A stretch of 32,000 nucleotides of DNA from Candidatus Methylomirabilis oxygeniifera. GTDB lineage: Bacteria; Methylomirabilota; Methylomirabilia; Methylomirabilales; Methylomirabilaceae. The position numbers and the translations under genes are program-made. The stretch is taken from positions 1,470,001 through 1,502,000 of the forward strand of contig FP565575.1 of assembly GCA_000091165.1 (NCBI GenBank), read 5' to 3'. Of the stretch, positions 21,956 through 29,582 are shown in pieces. The stretch's first letter is position 1; the number at the start of each line of letters is the position of its first letter. The notes under the pieces were generated by a model that did not search any database, was not told the DNA's origin, and saw nothing but the letters and a program-made list of their open reading frames with translations.

Positions 21956-23113
21956 TCAGCAGACAACTCCCATTTGAGCGCCCTCGAGCACGCGGTCCAT
22001 CGATCCCACCCCTTTGGGCGTCGAGATCGCCGTTCTGCCGGATCCACGGTGAAGACTCCTGTAAAGATCCAACCACTGTCGGACATTGGTCTTCAGATGA
22101 AATCTCTCTCGTACTGTCGCATAGGCGTTGCGCGCCAATCGCTCCCGCTCCGCTCTGTCCTCTACCAGCCTCGTCAACTGTCTCAGCCACTCCTGATGGC
22201 GATTCTTTTTCACCAGGATGCCGTTCTCTCCGTCAGTGATCGTGCGAGTATACGGATAGACGGGAGAGGCCACAGTCGGTACCTTGAACATACTGTACTC
22301 GAGATATTTCAGATTGCTCTTCGCCTCATTGAAACGGTTATCACGCAGCGGCGTCAGGCCGATGTCCAGCCGGAGGGCCGCCATGGCATGGTAGTAGCTG
22401 TTGGTCGGCACGAACGGATGAACCTCGAGCCTGTCCGCGGGCACCTCTCGTCGAATCCGCTCCGGTACCCAGCCGAAGAAGACCAACTGTACGTCGGGAC
22501 GCTTCGCCATCGTGATGAGGGCGTCGACCGCGCAGTCGAGATCGCCCTCGTGAAAATTCGATCCGGACCAGCCGATCCTCACCATCGCATTGCGACAGGT
22601 TTGCCGCCCCAAGCGGCTTCCGACAATCGTATCGGCGAGATCGGGATCGACCGCGTTGGGCAGTACGACGACATGGTCATGCACGGCGTCAACCACCCGC
22701 TTGAGCGGCTCCGTCGACACCGTGACGACGTCGGCCACCCGGATGAATCGGGTCAGCCTCGAGAGCCCACCAGCCTGATAGTACCGATAGACCGGATTCT
22801 TGACCGGAAGATGCCAGAAGTCATCGTCGAGCTCATAGACGATCTTCTTACCCATCGCCTTCTGCTCATGTATGAACTCCAGCATACTATCAGAGAGCTG
22901 TCGCTGACAGACCAGAATATCGGCGCCCCTCGCAAACGTCCTCACCTCGTCGGTTAAGGAAGTACCGGCTCTCGTATCAATTCCGTAGAGGTTGCGCAGG
23001 TAGATCCCAGGCAGCAGACACCGGTACCACCCACACCCCGTCTGATCGGCCAGCAGGTAGAGGACTCTGAGACTCCCTGGCGGAATTTCTTTTTTAACTG
23101 AGATCAGCGGCAT
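21956..23113 (-). CDS. GT-B fold glycosyltransferase (family 1/4-like) embedded in the hook operon
   Basis: 385 aa. The C-terminal half, DIGLTPLRDNRFNEAKSNLKYLEYSMFKVPTVASPVYPYTRTITDGENGILV...ARNAYATVRERF, resembles the nucleotide-sugar-binding half of GT1/GT4 enzymes. The family call is from memory only. Confidence 0.6.
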   Translation of the reverse strand: MPLISVKKEIPPGSLRVLYLLADQTGCGWYRCLLPGIYLRNLYGIDTRAGTSLTDEVRTFARGADILVCQRQLSDSMLEFIHEQKAMGKKIVYELDDDFWHLPVKNPVYRYYQAGGLSRLTRFIRVADVVTVSTEPLKRVVDAVHDHVVVLPNAVDPDLADTIVGSRLGRQTCRNAMVRIGWSGSNFHEGDLDCAVDALITMAKRPDVQLVFFGWVPERIRREVPADRLEVHPFVPTNSYYHAMAALRLDIGLTPLRDNRFNEAKSNLKYLEYSMFKVPTVASPVYPYTRTITDGENGILVKKNRHQEWLRQLTRLVEDRAERERLARNAYATVRERFHLKTNVRQWLDLYRSLHRGSGRTAISTPKGVGSMDRVLEGAQMGVVC

Positions 23114-23152
23114 CCGACACCCTACACCTCATACCCCGCATTTCTCTCCCTA

Positions 23153-24391
23153 CTACCGCAACAGGTTGAGGGTGGTCTGTTGAATCTGATTGGCTACAGA
23201 GATTACCTGGGCGTTGGCTTCATACCCCCGCTGGGCGATGATCAGATTGACCAGCTCCGTCCCCAGATCAACATTCGATTGTTCCAGGGCGCCTGCAACG
23301 ATGGTGCCCCTCCCACCGGTCCCGGCAACACCATATTGCGCCACCCCGGAGTTGGGGGTCTCCGCAAACTGTCCATTGGCCAGTCGCAGCAGACCGGCGG
23401 GATTCGAGAAGCTGGCCAGCTTCAGTGTGTCCATTTCCGTGACCAGCCCGTTGCTGTAGATCCCATTGACCATGCCGTCGTTGCTGACGGTAAAGGATGT
23501 GAGACTGCCTGGTGGCACCCCGTCCTGCTGCTTCATCGAGACGCTCGATAGGGCCGCAAATCCGGTAAGCGCGTCGAAGTCGATAGAAAATTCCTGAGCG
23601 GAGGCCGCGGCGTTGCCGGGATTAAAGGTAAAGATGCCTCCCCCTGAGCCCGGCCCCGTAATGCTGAGGACATTGCCGCCGCTGGCAAACTGAATTTGTC
23701 CTGCCGAGGCGCCGGTAAAGACGCCGGTATCGTTACTCGCGGCCGAGACCGCATAGTCCCATAGGCCCGTATTAGCCGACCCCGGCACCGAGAATGTTAC
23801 GTTCACCTGGTGCTTACCACCTAGAGTATCGATGATAAAAAAGCTCGTCTCAAGGGTGGACTCGTTCTCCGTTAACGTTATCGGATCATCCGCGTCGCTC
23901 GCATTGAGGTTACCGACCAGTTCGACCTCTGTAGTTCCGGCAGCCTCATTGCTTCCCAACGGGATATGGATGTCGCCATCGATCCCCTGGACCTTCAGGC
24001 CGGTCCCGGCATCGACCAGATTACCGTTAGCATCAAGCTCGAAGCTACCGACCCGCGTATAGATCTGACTCTCGCCGTTACTCAGGACATAGAAGCCCTC
24101 GCCCTGGATAGCAAGATCGGAGGATCGCCCGGTCGGCTCGATCGCCCCCTGTGTCTGAATATTCAGAATGCCGCCCACGATGACCCCGGCGCCGATCTGC
24201 ATCGGATCGATTCCACCGGTTGAGTCCGACGGCGGCGTCGCCCCTTCAATAGTCTGAACTAACAGCTCGGAAAACTGTGCCCGGCTCGCTTTATAGCCGG
24301 TCGTATTCGCGTTCGCGATGTTGTTGCCGATGACACCCAGGTCGGTCTGATAGGCTTTTAACCCGGTGATAGCCGTGCTGAATGTACTCAT
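23153..24391 (-). CDS. flgE: Flagellar hook protein FlgE
   Basis: MSTFSTAITGLKAYQTDLGVIGNNIANANTTGYK N-terminus and C-terminal LEQSNVDLGTELVNLIIAQRGYEANAQVISVANQIQQTTLNLLR. The ATG at 24391 follows AGGAGGGAGAAG; the ORF-track start at 24436 lies inside the structured spacer. Confidence 0.95.
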   Translation of the reverse strand: MSTFSTAITGLKAYQTDLGVIGNNIANANTTGYKASRAQFSELLVQTIEGATPPSDSTGGIDPMQIGAGVIVGGILNIQTQGAIEPTGRSSDLAIQGEGFYVLSNGESQIYTRVGSFELDANGNLVDAGTGLKVQGIDGDIHIPLGSNEAAGTTEVELVGNLNASDADDPITLTENESTLETSFFIIDTLGGKHQVNVTFSVPGSANTGLWDYAVSAASNDTGVFTGASAGQIQFASGGNVLSITGPGSGGGIFTFNPGNAAASAQEFSIDFDALTGFAALSSVSMKQQDGVPPGSLTSFTVSNDGMVNGIYSNGLVTEMDTLKLASFSNPAGLLRLANGQFAETPNSGVAQYGVAGTGGRGTIVAGALEQSNVDLGTELVNLIIAQRGYEANAQVISVANQIQQTTLNLLR

Positions 24392-24475
24392 CGCTTCTCC
24401 CTCCTGTTGTGTAGGGGCAGGGCTTGCCCTGCCCAAATAGGGCGCAGCAAGCAGCGCCCCTACGTCTTTCTGCGC

Positions 24476-25180
24476 TTACCCCTGTGATGCGAGCGACACC
24501 TGGGAGATGGCGCCCAAGGAGACCATGCTTCCGTCCACGATCAGGAACGGCTGTGTCCCCTCGAAGTGAATGCCTGTCACCTGTCCGGATGCGGTATTCG
24601 CGCCGATAACCTCCCCGCCGGCGGCATTCGTGGCCACCACCTTATACAAGTAGCGTCCTGCAGGTATCGGCCGTCCATCGTCGCCAAGCCCGTCGAAGGT
24701 AAGCTGGTATGCTCCAGCCTCCTGTGTCCCCAACGGAACCGTCCGGAGCGGATTCCCCTGAAGGTCCTGGATTTGGAGCTGAACCGACGCGGCGTCGCTC
24801 GGCAGGCTATAACGCAGCGTAGTCGAGCCAACCCCAGCCTGTTCAAAGATGGTGCCGTTCGCCGTTACGACCTTTCCGATGTAGCTTGAGGCCAGGACCG
24901 CATCAAGCGAATTGCTTCCGCTGGTGGCGGCAGAGGAGGCCGAGAGCTGGGCGATCGAGGCATTGATCTGCTGAAGCTGCTCCAGTGAGGTGAATTGAGC
25001 AGTCTGCGCGATGAAGTCAGTACCCTGCAGCGGATTCAACGGATTTTGATTGCGTAACTGGGCGACCAGCAGCTTCAGGAAGGCATCCTTCCCAAGGCCT
25101 CTATCGAGTGCAGAACTGGTCGCAGCGCCCGCACCCTGCGGGCTTTGCACGGTGGTGGTGCTCCCGTTTGTGATCTCCAT
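24476..25180 (-). CDS. flgD: Hook capping/assembly protein FlgD
   Basis: FlgD N-domain KDAFLKLLVAQLRNQNPLNPLQGTDFIAQTAQFTSLEQLQQIN plus a C-terminal Ig-like/tudor region. Strong AAGGAGGG SD. Confidence 0.9.
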   Translation of the reverse strand: MEITNGSTTTVQSPQGAGAATSSALDRGLGKDAFLKLLVAQLRNQNPLNPLQGTDFIAQTAQFTSLEQLQQINASIAQLSASSAATSGSNSLDAVLASSYIGKVVTANGTIFEQAGVGSTTLRYSLPSDAASVQLQIQDLQGNPLRTVPLGTQEAGAYQLTFDGLGDDGRPIPAGRYLYKVVATNAAGGEVIGANTASGQVTGIHFEGTQPFLIVDGSMVSLGAISQVSLASQG

Positions 25181-25237
25181 CGATCATCCCTCCTTTCTTA
25201 AGCGTTCAGCTATCAGCAGTCAGCTATCAGCTAAAGG

Positions 25238-26023
25238 CTACCGCTGATCGCTGCTGACCTCAAAAATGCCCGTAAGCGGCACCAGCGCGCTTCCAACGTG
25301 AAGAAACGGCTGCCCGTTCTCGAACTGTACCCCCATCACTCGCCCAAATGCAGTACTGACGCGAGCCATCGGTTGACCTGCCGCATCGGTGGCGATGACC
25401 CTATACGTGTAAAGGCCGGACTGAAGCCCTCGCCCATCGAACATCATCTGATGGAATCCTCCCGGCTGCGGCCCGAGTTGGACGGTCCCGACTATCGTCC
25501 CCTGGAGGTCCCGCACCTCAATCCGGACCGATTCGGCAGCGGTGGGGAGGCGATACAGAAGAGTCGGTGGGACTGACCCGCGCAGTTCGATGGCCGAGCC
25601 GTTCGCCGCTATCTTCCGACCGATCAGATCCTGGGCCGCGCGGCTACGCGCGGCTGAAGGCTGAAGGCTGAAGGCTGAAGGCTCAACTGCAATCGGCCTC
25701 CGAGAGACTGCGGGTAGAGCTGTCGCCGGGGCAGACGTCCGTCCGGTCGCAAGCTGGGCCGTCAGCAGACCAACAGAGGTATCATCGGCAGAGCCGCTGA
25801 TGACGGTTGGCGCCGAGCCCTGGGATGAGGGAGAACCGACACGTCTCACGTCCGATCGAGTCGATCTCATAGACTGGCTCCGCTCCAGGATTGTATCGAA
25901 TGATCTTTCGGTGCGATCGGCCGCCGTACTGCTATCGAGACCTCGCTCAATAAGAGCGGTGACGGTCTTCCCTGCCAGTGCACCCAGCAGCCTGATCCCG
26001 ACGGCGGCAAGCACAGGTATCAT
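25238..26023 (-). CDS. FlgD Ig-like-domain paralog without the FlgD N-domain (hydrophobic N-terminus, S/T/A-rich linker)
   Basis: The C-terminal TLLYRLPTAAESVRIEVRDLQGTIVGTVQLGPQPGGFHQMMFDGRGLQSGLYTYRVIATDAAGQPM...GVQFENGQPFLHVGSALVPL parallels FlgD 24476..25180 (TLRYSLPSDAASVQLQIQDLQGNPLRTVPLG...YQLTFDG...GRYLYKVVATNAAG...GIHFEGTQPFLIVDGSMVSL). Confidence 0.7.
   Translation of the reverse strand: MIPVLAAVGIRLLGALAGKTVTALIERGLDSSTAADRTERSFDTILERSQSMRSTRSDVRRVGSPSSQGSAPTVISGSADDTSVGLLTAQLATGRTSAPATALPAVSRRPIAVEPSAFSLQPSAARSRAAQDLIGRKIAANGSAIELRGSVPPTLLYRLPTAAESVRIEVRDLQGTIVGTVQLGPQPGGFHQMMFDGRGLQSGLYTYRVIATDAAGQPMARVSTAFGRVMGVQFENGQPFLHVGSALVPLTGIFEVSSDQR
25652..25684. repeat. Heptanucleotide tandem repeat (GGCTGAA) x4.7 inside the FlgD-Ig paralog CDS
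   Basis: GGCTGAAGGCTGAAGGCTGAAGGCTGAAGGCTC read directly. It encodes EPSAFSLQPSA on the minus strand. Confidence 0.95.
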
Positions 26024-26074
26024 CTTAGGTCCCCCTTTTTTGTGAAGCAGTCAGCCGATCGCTGAAGACTGCTC

Positions 26075-28345
26075 TTAGACAGTGATATCGATCAAGCTGT
26101 CCGGTCCCATCACGGGGACCATCGGCGGCATCGATCCTCGGTCATGCCGGAGCATCACCTCCGGATGGTACCCGATCGCACGCGGGTCTTGAGATCCGTT
26201 CCCCGCATAGCTCCACTGGCGAAGGTCCAACTCGACCTGAACGCCGAGATCGGAAATCGGAATCCCCTGCTCCACAAGGGCTGTCCTGAGGCGATCCAAA
26301 TCGTTGGCCAACAGCTCACCAGCGACGTGATGTTGGGCCTTGATAGCTGCCACAATTCCGCTGTCTTTCCACGACACCTCGATCACAAGTTCGCCAAGCG
26401 TCTGGGGATGAAGACGGAGGTGCACATACTCCCCCTCCTTCCGTGGGCTCATACGGACCGTCGCTACGATCTGTTCGGCTACCTGATCGATGAGCGCTCT
26501 GGGGCGTAAAGGCGGAGCGGCGGATTCCGAGCGAAGTTGCTCCCCCCTTGGAGCAGCCGTAAGCGCTGAATCGGAGAGATGCTGTCGTTCGTCGCCAAAT
26601 GAAGGCGATGAGCGGTCAGGTGAAGGACGTCCACTGTCCGGGTCCGAAGCTGATCGATCCTGCTGCATGTCTTGTGTAGTCTCGACACTCACACTCTCTT
26701 GCGGCAAGGCAACCCGACCACGATCCGTCTGTCCCGCCTGTACGCGTTCGACAAGCACTGCGCCCTCAAAGAGTTCGGATCCTGGCGCTTCCGCCCTATC
26801 GGACCACATTCCGATTCCGACCGTTGGGCGCGGCGGGAACACCAAGCGGTCCGGGATCTTCTGAGAAGACGTGCCTGCGGCTTCGGCCTGGCCTTCCACC
26901 GATGCTACCCATCGCGACGGATCGGCAATCCGCTCGGTAACCTGACCGCCGCCTACGCGACTGATACGATCCTGGACCTCTCGCGCTGAGGTTGCGGCGG
27001 GGAACGTACGTCGAGTCAGACGAGGATCATCGCTTCGAATGTCTCCTTCGCCGCCGTCATGGCGAGAGAGCGCAGCGATCGACGCAATCTCACCGTTCGT
27101 CGCACCCTCAAGAACACTGAGATTGCCGCGCTCTCGTTGATCGCTCGCCATGACACCCGCAACTCGGGAGTCTCGACCCTCGACTTGTATACCCATGGGC
27201 GCGCTATCGGCGTAGGCGAAGCGAATCTCTGTATCGGCGATCGGAGCCGTGGCACGCAACCCTTGCTGAGGAATTGTGGTTCTAGGAGTTACAGCAGAAG
27301 CTCCGGTCCCTTGGCTCACAACACTCGGCGCAAGGTGCGGCTCGATCTCAACCGGGATACGTGCCGCTGTGTCGGCCAGACGCGCCGCGTCCGCGACACG
27401 GTCGAAGTCGGATCGGATTGCGGCTCGATCGATCGGGACGACCTCCTGAGCGCTTCGCAACGGTCCCGCCGGTTGTTCCGCCAACCGAGGATTATTAATT
27501 ACGATGTCCCCGTTACCGCCGTCATTGCGAGGGAGCGCAGCGACCGAAGCAATCCCACCGTTCTTCGCACCCTCAAGCGCGCTGAGATTGCCGCGCTCTC
27601 GTTGATCGCTCGCAATGACATCCGCGACTCGGGAGTCCTTGTCTTCAACGTGCACACCTGCTGGTGCACCATCGCCATATACAGTGTGGATCTCGACATC
27701 GGCCGACGGAGTCGTGTTACGGGGCCTTTGCGGAACAATCGTCGGTTCGAGAGCCACAACCGACGCTCCGGCCTCTTGCCTTATCGCTTCAGGCTGAAGA
27801 CGCGGCTTGATCGTAACCGGGATAAGTCCCACTGACCCGGTCGGCTGCGCCGTCGCAAGGGGACCACCTGCCCCGATACCAGCAGGCTCGATCATGGAGC
27901 CGGCTTCCCGGGTAAAGAGGGGTTGCGTAGACATCCCCAAGAAGGTTGCGGCAGCAGGCGCGTCGGCCATAGTCGGAGACACAAGGTCCGCGACGCGATC
28001 GAGGCCGGGTGAGGGCTCTAACGAAGCGCTCTGCGTGGATTGGCTGAGGGTAGCCATGAGCATAGCCATGGCGGGATCGATGCGAGGCTGTGCGTCACCC
28101 TTCTCACCGCTTCCGTCTGAAGGGAACTGAGACACTATGGGACTCTCCCCACCTATTGGAGCATCGCCGATCCCGATCGGACTCTCTGCAACAGACACGT
28201 CGTTGAACCCAGTCGAACCACCGATCCCCATCGCCCGCTCGAACAGTAACAGGAAATCGGCCGTCCCCTGTGAACACACCGTTCCTGCTGGAATGCCCTG
28301 AGGCGCGCTGACAACGGCCGCGTCGGCAACCTGCAGTGGGATCAT
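26075..28345 (-). CDS. fliK: Flagellar hook-length control protein FliK (756 aa, long form)
   Basis: C-terminal switch-domain region YVHLRLHPQTLGELVIEVSWKDSGIVAAIKAQHHVAGELLANDLDRLRTALVEQGI. Low-complexity ruler region. Located between the ylxF-like gene and flgD. Confidence 0.85.
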   Translation of the reverse strand: MIPLQVADAAVVSAPQGIPAGTVCSQGTADFLLLFERAMGIGGSTGFNDVSVAESPIGIGDAPIGGESPIVSQFPSDGSGEKGDAQPRIDPAMAMLMATLSQSTQSASLEPSPGLDRVADLVSPTMADAPAAATFLGMSTQPLFTREAGSMIEPAGIGAGGPLATAQPTGSVGLIPVTIKPRLQPEAIRQEAGASVVALEPTIVPQRPRNTTPSADVEIHTVYGDGAPAGVHVEDKDSRVADVIASDQRERGNLSALEGAKNGGIASVAALPRNDGGNGDIVINNPRLAEQPAGPLRSAQEVVPIDRAAIRSDFDRVADAARLADTAARIPVEIEPHLAPSVVSQGTGASAVTPRTTIPQQGLRATAPIADTEIRFAYADSAPMGIQVEGRDSRVAGVMASDQRERGNLSVLEGATNGEIASIAALSRHDGGEGDIRSDDPRLTRRTFPAATSAREVQDRISRVGGGQVTERIADPSRWVASVEGQAEAAGTSSQKIPDRLVFPPRPTVGIGMWSDRAEAPGSELFEGAVLVERVQAGQTDRGRVALPQESVSVETTQDMQQDRSASDPDSGRPSPDRSSPSFGDERQHLSDSALTAAPRGEQLRSESAAPPLRPRALIDQVAEQIVATVRMSPRKEGEYVHLRLHPQTLGELVIEVSWKDSGIVAAIKAQHHVAGELLANDLDRLRTALVEQGIPISDLGVQVELDLRQWSYAGNGSQDPRAIGYHPEVMLRHDRGSMPPMVPVMGPDSLIDITV
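27008..27358. repeat. FliK internal repeat, copy B (aa 330-446)
   Basis: Colinear with 27473..27823 at a 465-nt offset. Includes a 30+ nt identical run (CTGAGATTGCCGCGCTCTCGTTGATCGCTCGC). Confidence 0.85.
27473..27823. repeat. FliK internal repeat, copy A (aa 175-291)
   Basis: IPVTIKPRLQP...DSRVADVIASDQRERGNLSALEGAKNGGIASVAALPRNDGGNGDI..NPRL compared with IPVEIEPHLAP...DSRVAGVMASDQRERGNLSVLEGATNGEIASIAALSRHDGGEGDI..DPRL. Confidence 0.85.
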
Positions 28346-29106
28346 GGTGTCGCCTCGCCGGCCTTTCCCTGACTGATCGTCCGGCCTGCTCCCGCATCTT
28401 CAAGCCGTTCACTCAGTTCTTTCGCCTTCTGTCCAGTCATCGCGGCCAGCACTTTCGAGGCCTGTCGATCCTTCATCGCAGCGAGTACCTCCGTCGCCAT
28501 CTCCCGCTTCAGCTTGCTCAGAATCGACGCCGCAGCCTCCGGCTCCATTCCCTCGTAGAGTGTCGCCAGCCTCTTTACTCCGGCTTCTCGCCTGGCATCT
28601 CGCTCTTTCGTGAGCTTCGCGCCGGTCGCCTTTAACTCGGCGAGCCATTTCTCCTCGATCTGGTTCTCCTCCTTCCGCTTGCGGATCTGCTCCTCCAGCC
28701 GGAGCAGCTCCGCTCGTTTCTCCGCGAGTGCCTTCTCCTGATCGCTGATCACCGGTCGCTGTTCGTTTGACAGCGGTGGCGGCGTCCCTGTCGCGGCAGC
28801 AGTCTGCTGAGGTGGATGTGATGCGCTCGCATCGGACTTCTGCGGCGCCGGCTGTGCCGAAGGCGTCTCCTCCCGCGGCTGCAAGGAGGCCTGATCTTTG
28901 GGCGCCGATCCCGTGTCGTGAGCCTGGTCTGACTCCTGCACGGTCGACGGCTGATCGCTGATTGCCGACTGCTCATCCTGTTGAGGGGCAGCGGCTTGAC
29001 GGCCAAATCGCGGGAGAATTCCCTGCTGCAGGACGCCCGTCAGGTAGGAGGCAAGCAGCAGCATCGCGACGAAATATCCGGCATACAGCGCGATTCGACT
29101 CTTCAC
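28342..29106 (-). CDS. YlxF/MotE-like flagellar protein (MgtE_N-like C-terminus, COG3334-type)
   Basis: GTG start overlapping the fliJ stop. N-terminal TM, a P/Q/S-rich linker, a coiled coil, then LATLYEGMEPEAAASILSKLKREMATEVLAAMKDRQASKVLAAMTGQKAKELSERL. Same position as B. subtilis ylxF (between fliJ and fliK). Confidence 0.7.
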   Translation of the reverse strand: MKSRIALYAGYFVAMLLLASYLTGVLQQGILPRFGRQAAAPQQDEQSAISDQPSTVQESDQAHDTGSAPKDQASLQPREETPSAQPAPQKSDASASHPPQQTAAATGTPPPLSNEQRPVISDQEKALAEKRAELLRLEEQIRKRKEENQIEEKWLAELKATGAKLTKERDARREAGVKRLATLYEGMEPEAAASILSKLKREMATEVLAAMKDRQASKVLAAMTGQKAKELSERLEDAGAGRTISQGKAGEATP

Positions 29107-29567
29107 GACACAGACCCCCTGGACGCGTTCGCCGCCCTTCGTCCGCCCGCCACCTCGTCGATCTCAGCCTGTTGCTCACGAGCCATCTCACTGCGAAATA
29201 CTCTGATCTTCCGCTTCTTCAGGTGCTCAACGATCTGTTCGTCTCTCGATCGTTCCAGCAACACGCGCCGGAGTCTGGCCGTCTCCGCCTGTTCGGCGAC
29301 GAGCGTCGCTTCGAGCGCCCTGATCTGTTGCCCAATGCCCAGCAGGTAGGCGCAACGAACCGCGAGTGAGGATGATTCAGGTTGAGCGATGTTCTGTCCC
29401 ACCGCCAGTTCAGCCAGTGCTTCCGCTTCGGCATCCCTGAGTGTCGCCAGCCGTTCGCGTAATGCGCTGCAGGCTCGCTGTCGCTCAGCCAATGCAGCCT
29501 CCGCCTGATCTGCCTTCGCCTCTCTGACGGCGAGAACCGACTGAAGGGAAAATCGAAATCGCTTCAT
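29103..29567 (-). CDS. fliJ: Flagellar export chaperone/stalk protein FliJ
   Basis: MKRFRFSLQSVLAVREAKADQAE... coiled-coil protein of 154 aa, directly after fliI. Confidence 0.85.
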   Translation of the reverse strand: MKRFRFSLQSVLAVREAKADQAEAALAERQRACSALRERLATLRDAEAEALAELAVGQNIAQPESSSLAVRCAYLLGIGQQIRALEATLVAEQAETARLRRVLLERSRDEQIVEHLKKRKIRVFRSEMAREQQAEIDEVAGGRRAANASRGSVS

Positions 29568-29582
29568 CGTTTTCGTCCTCTA

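Noticed and set aside
27059-27835. 258-aa plus-strand ORF antisense to fliK, and the idea that the 465-bp-spaced repeats or the 7-mer array are CRISPR-like
   Set aside because: The repeats are long (~350 nt), only two in number, and in-frame within FliK. The 7-mer array has no spacers. Neither has CRISPR repeat-spacer architecture, and no cas genes are present.
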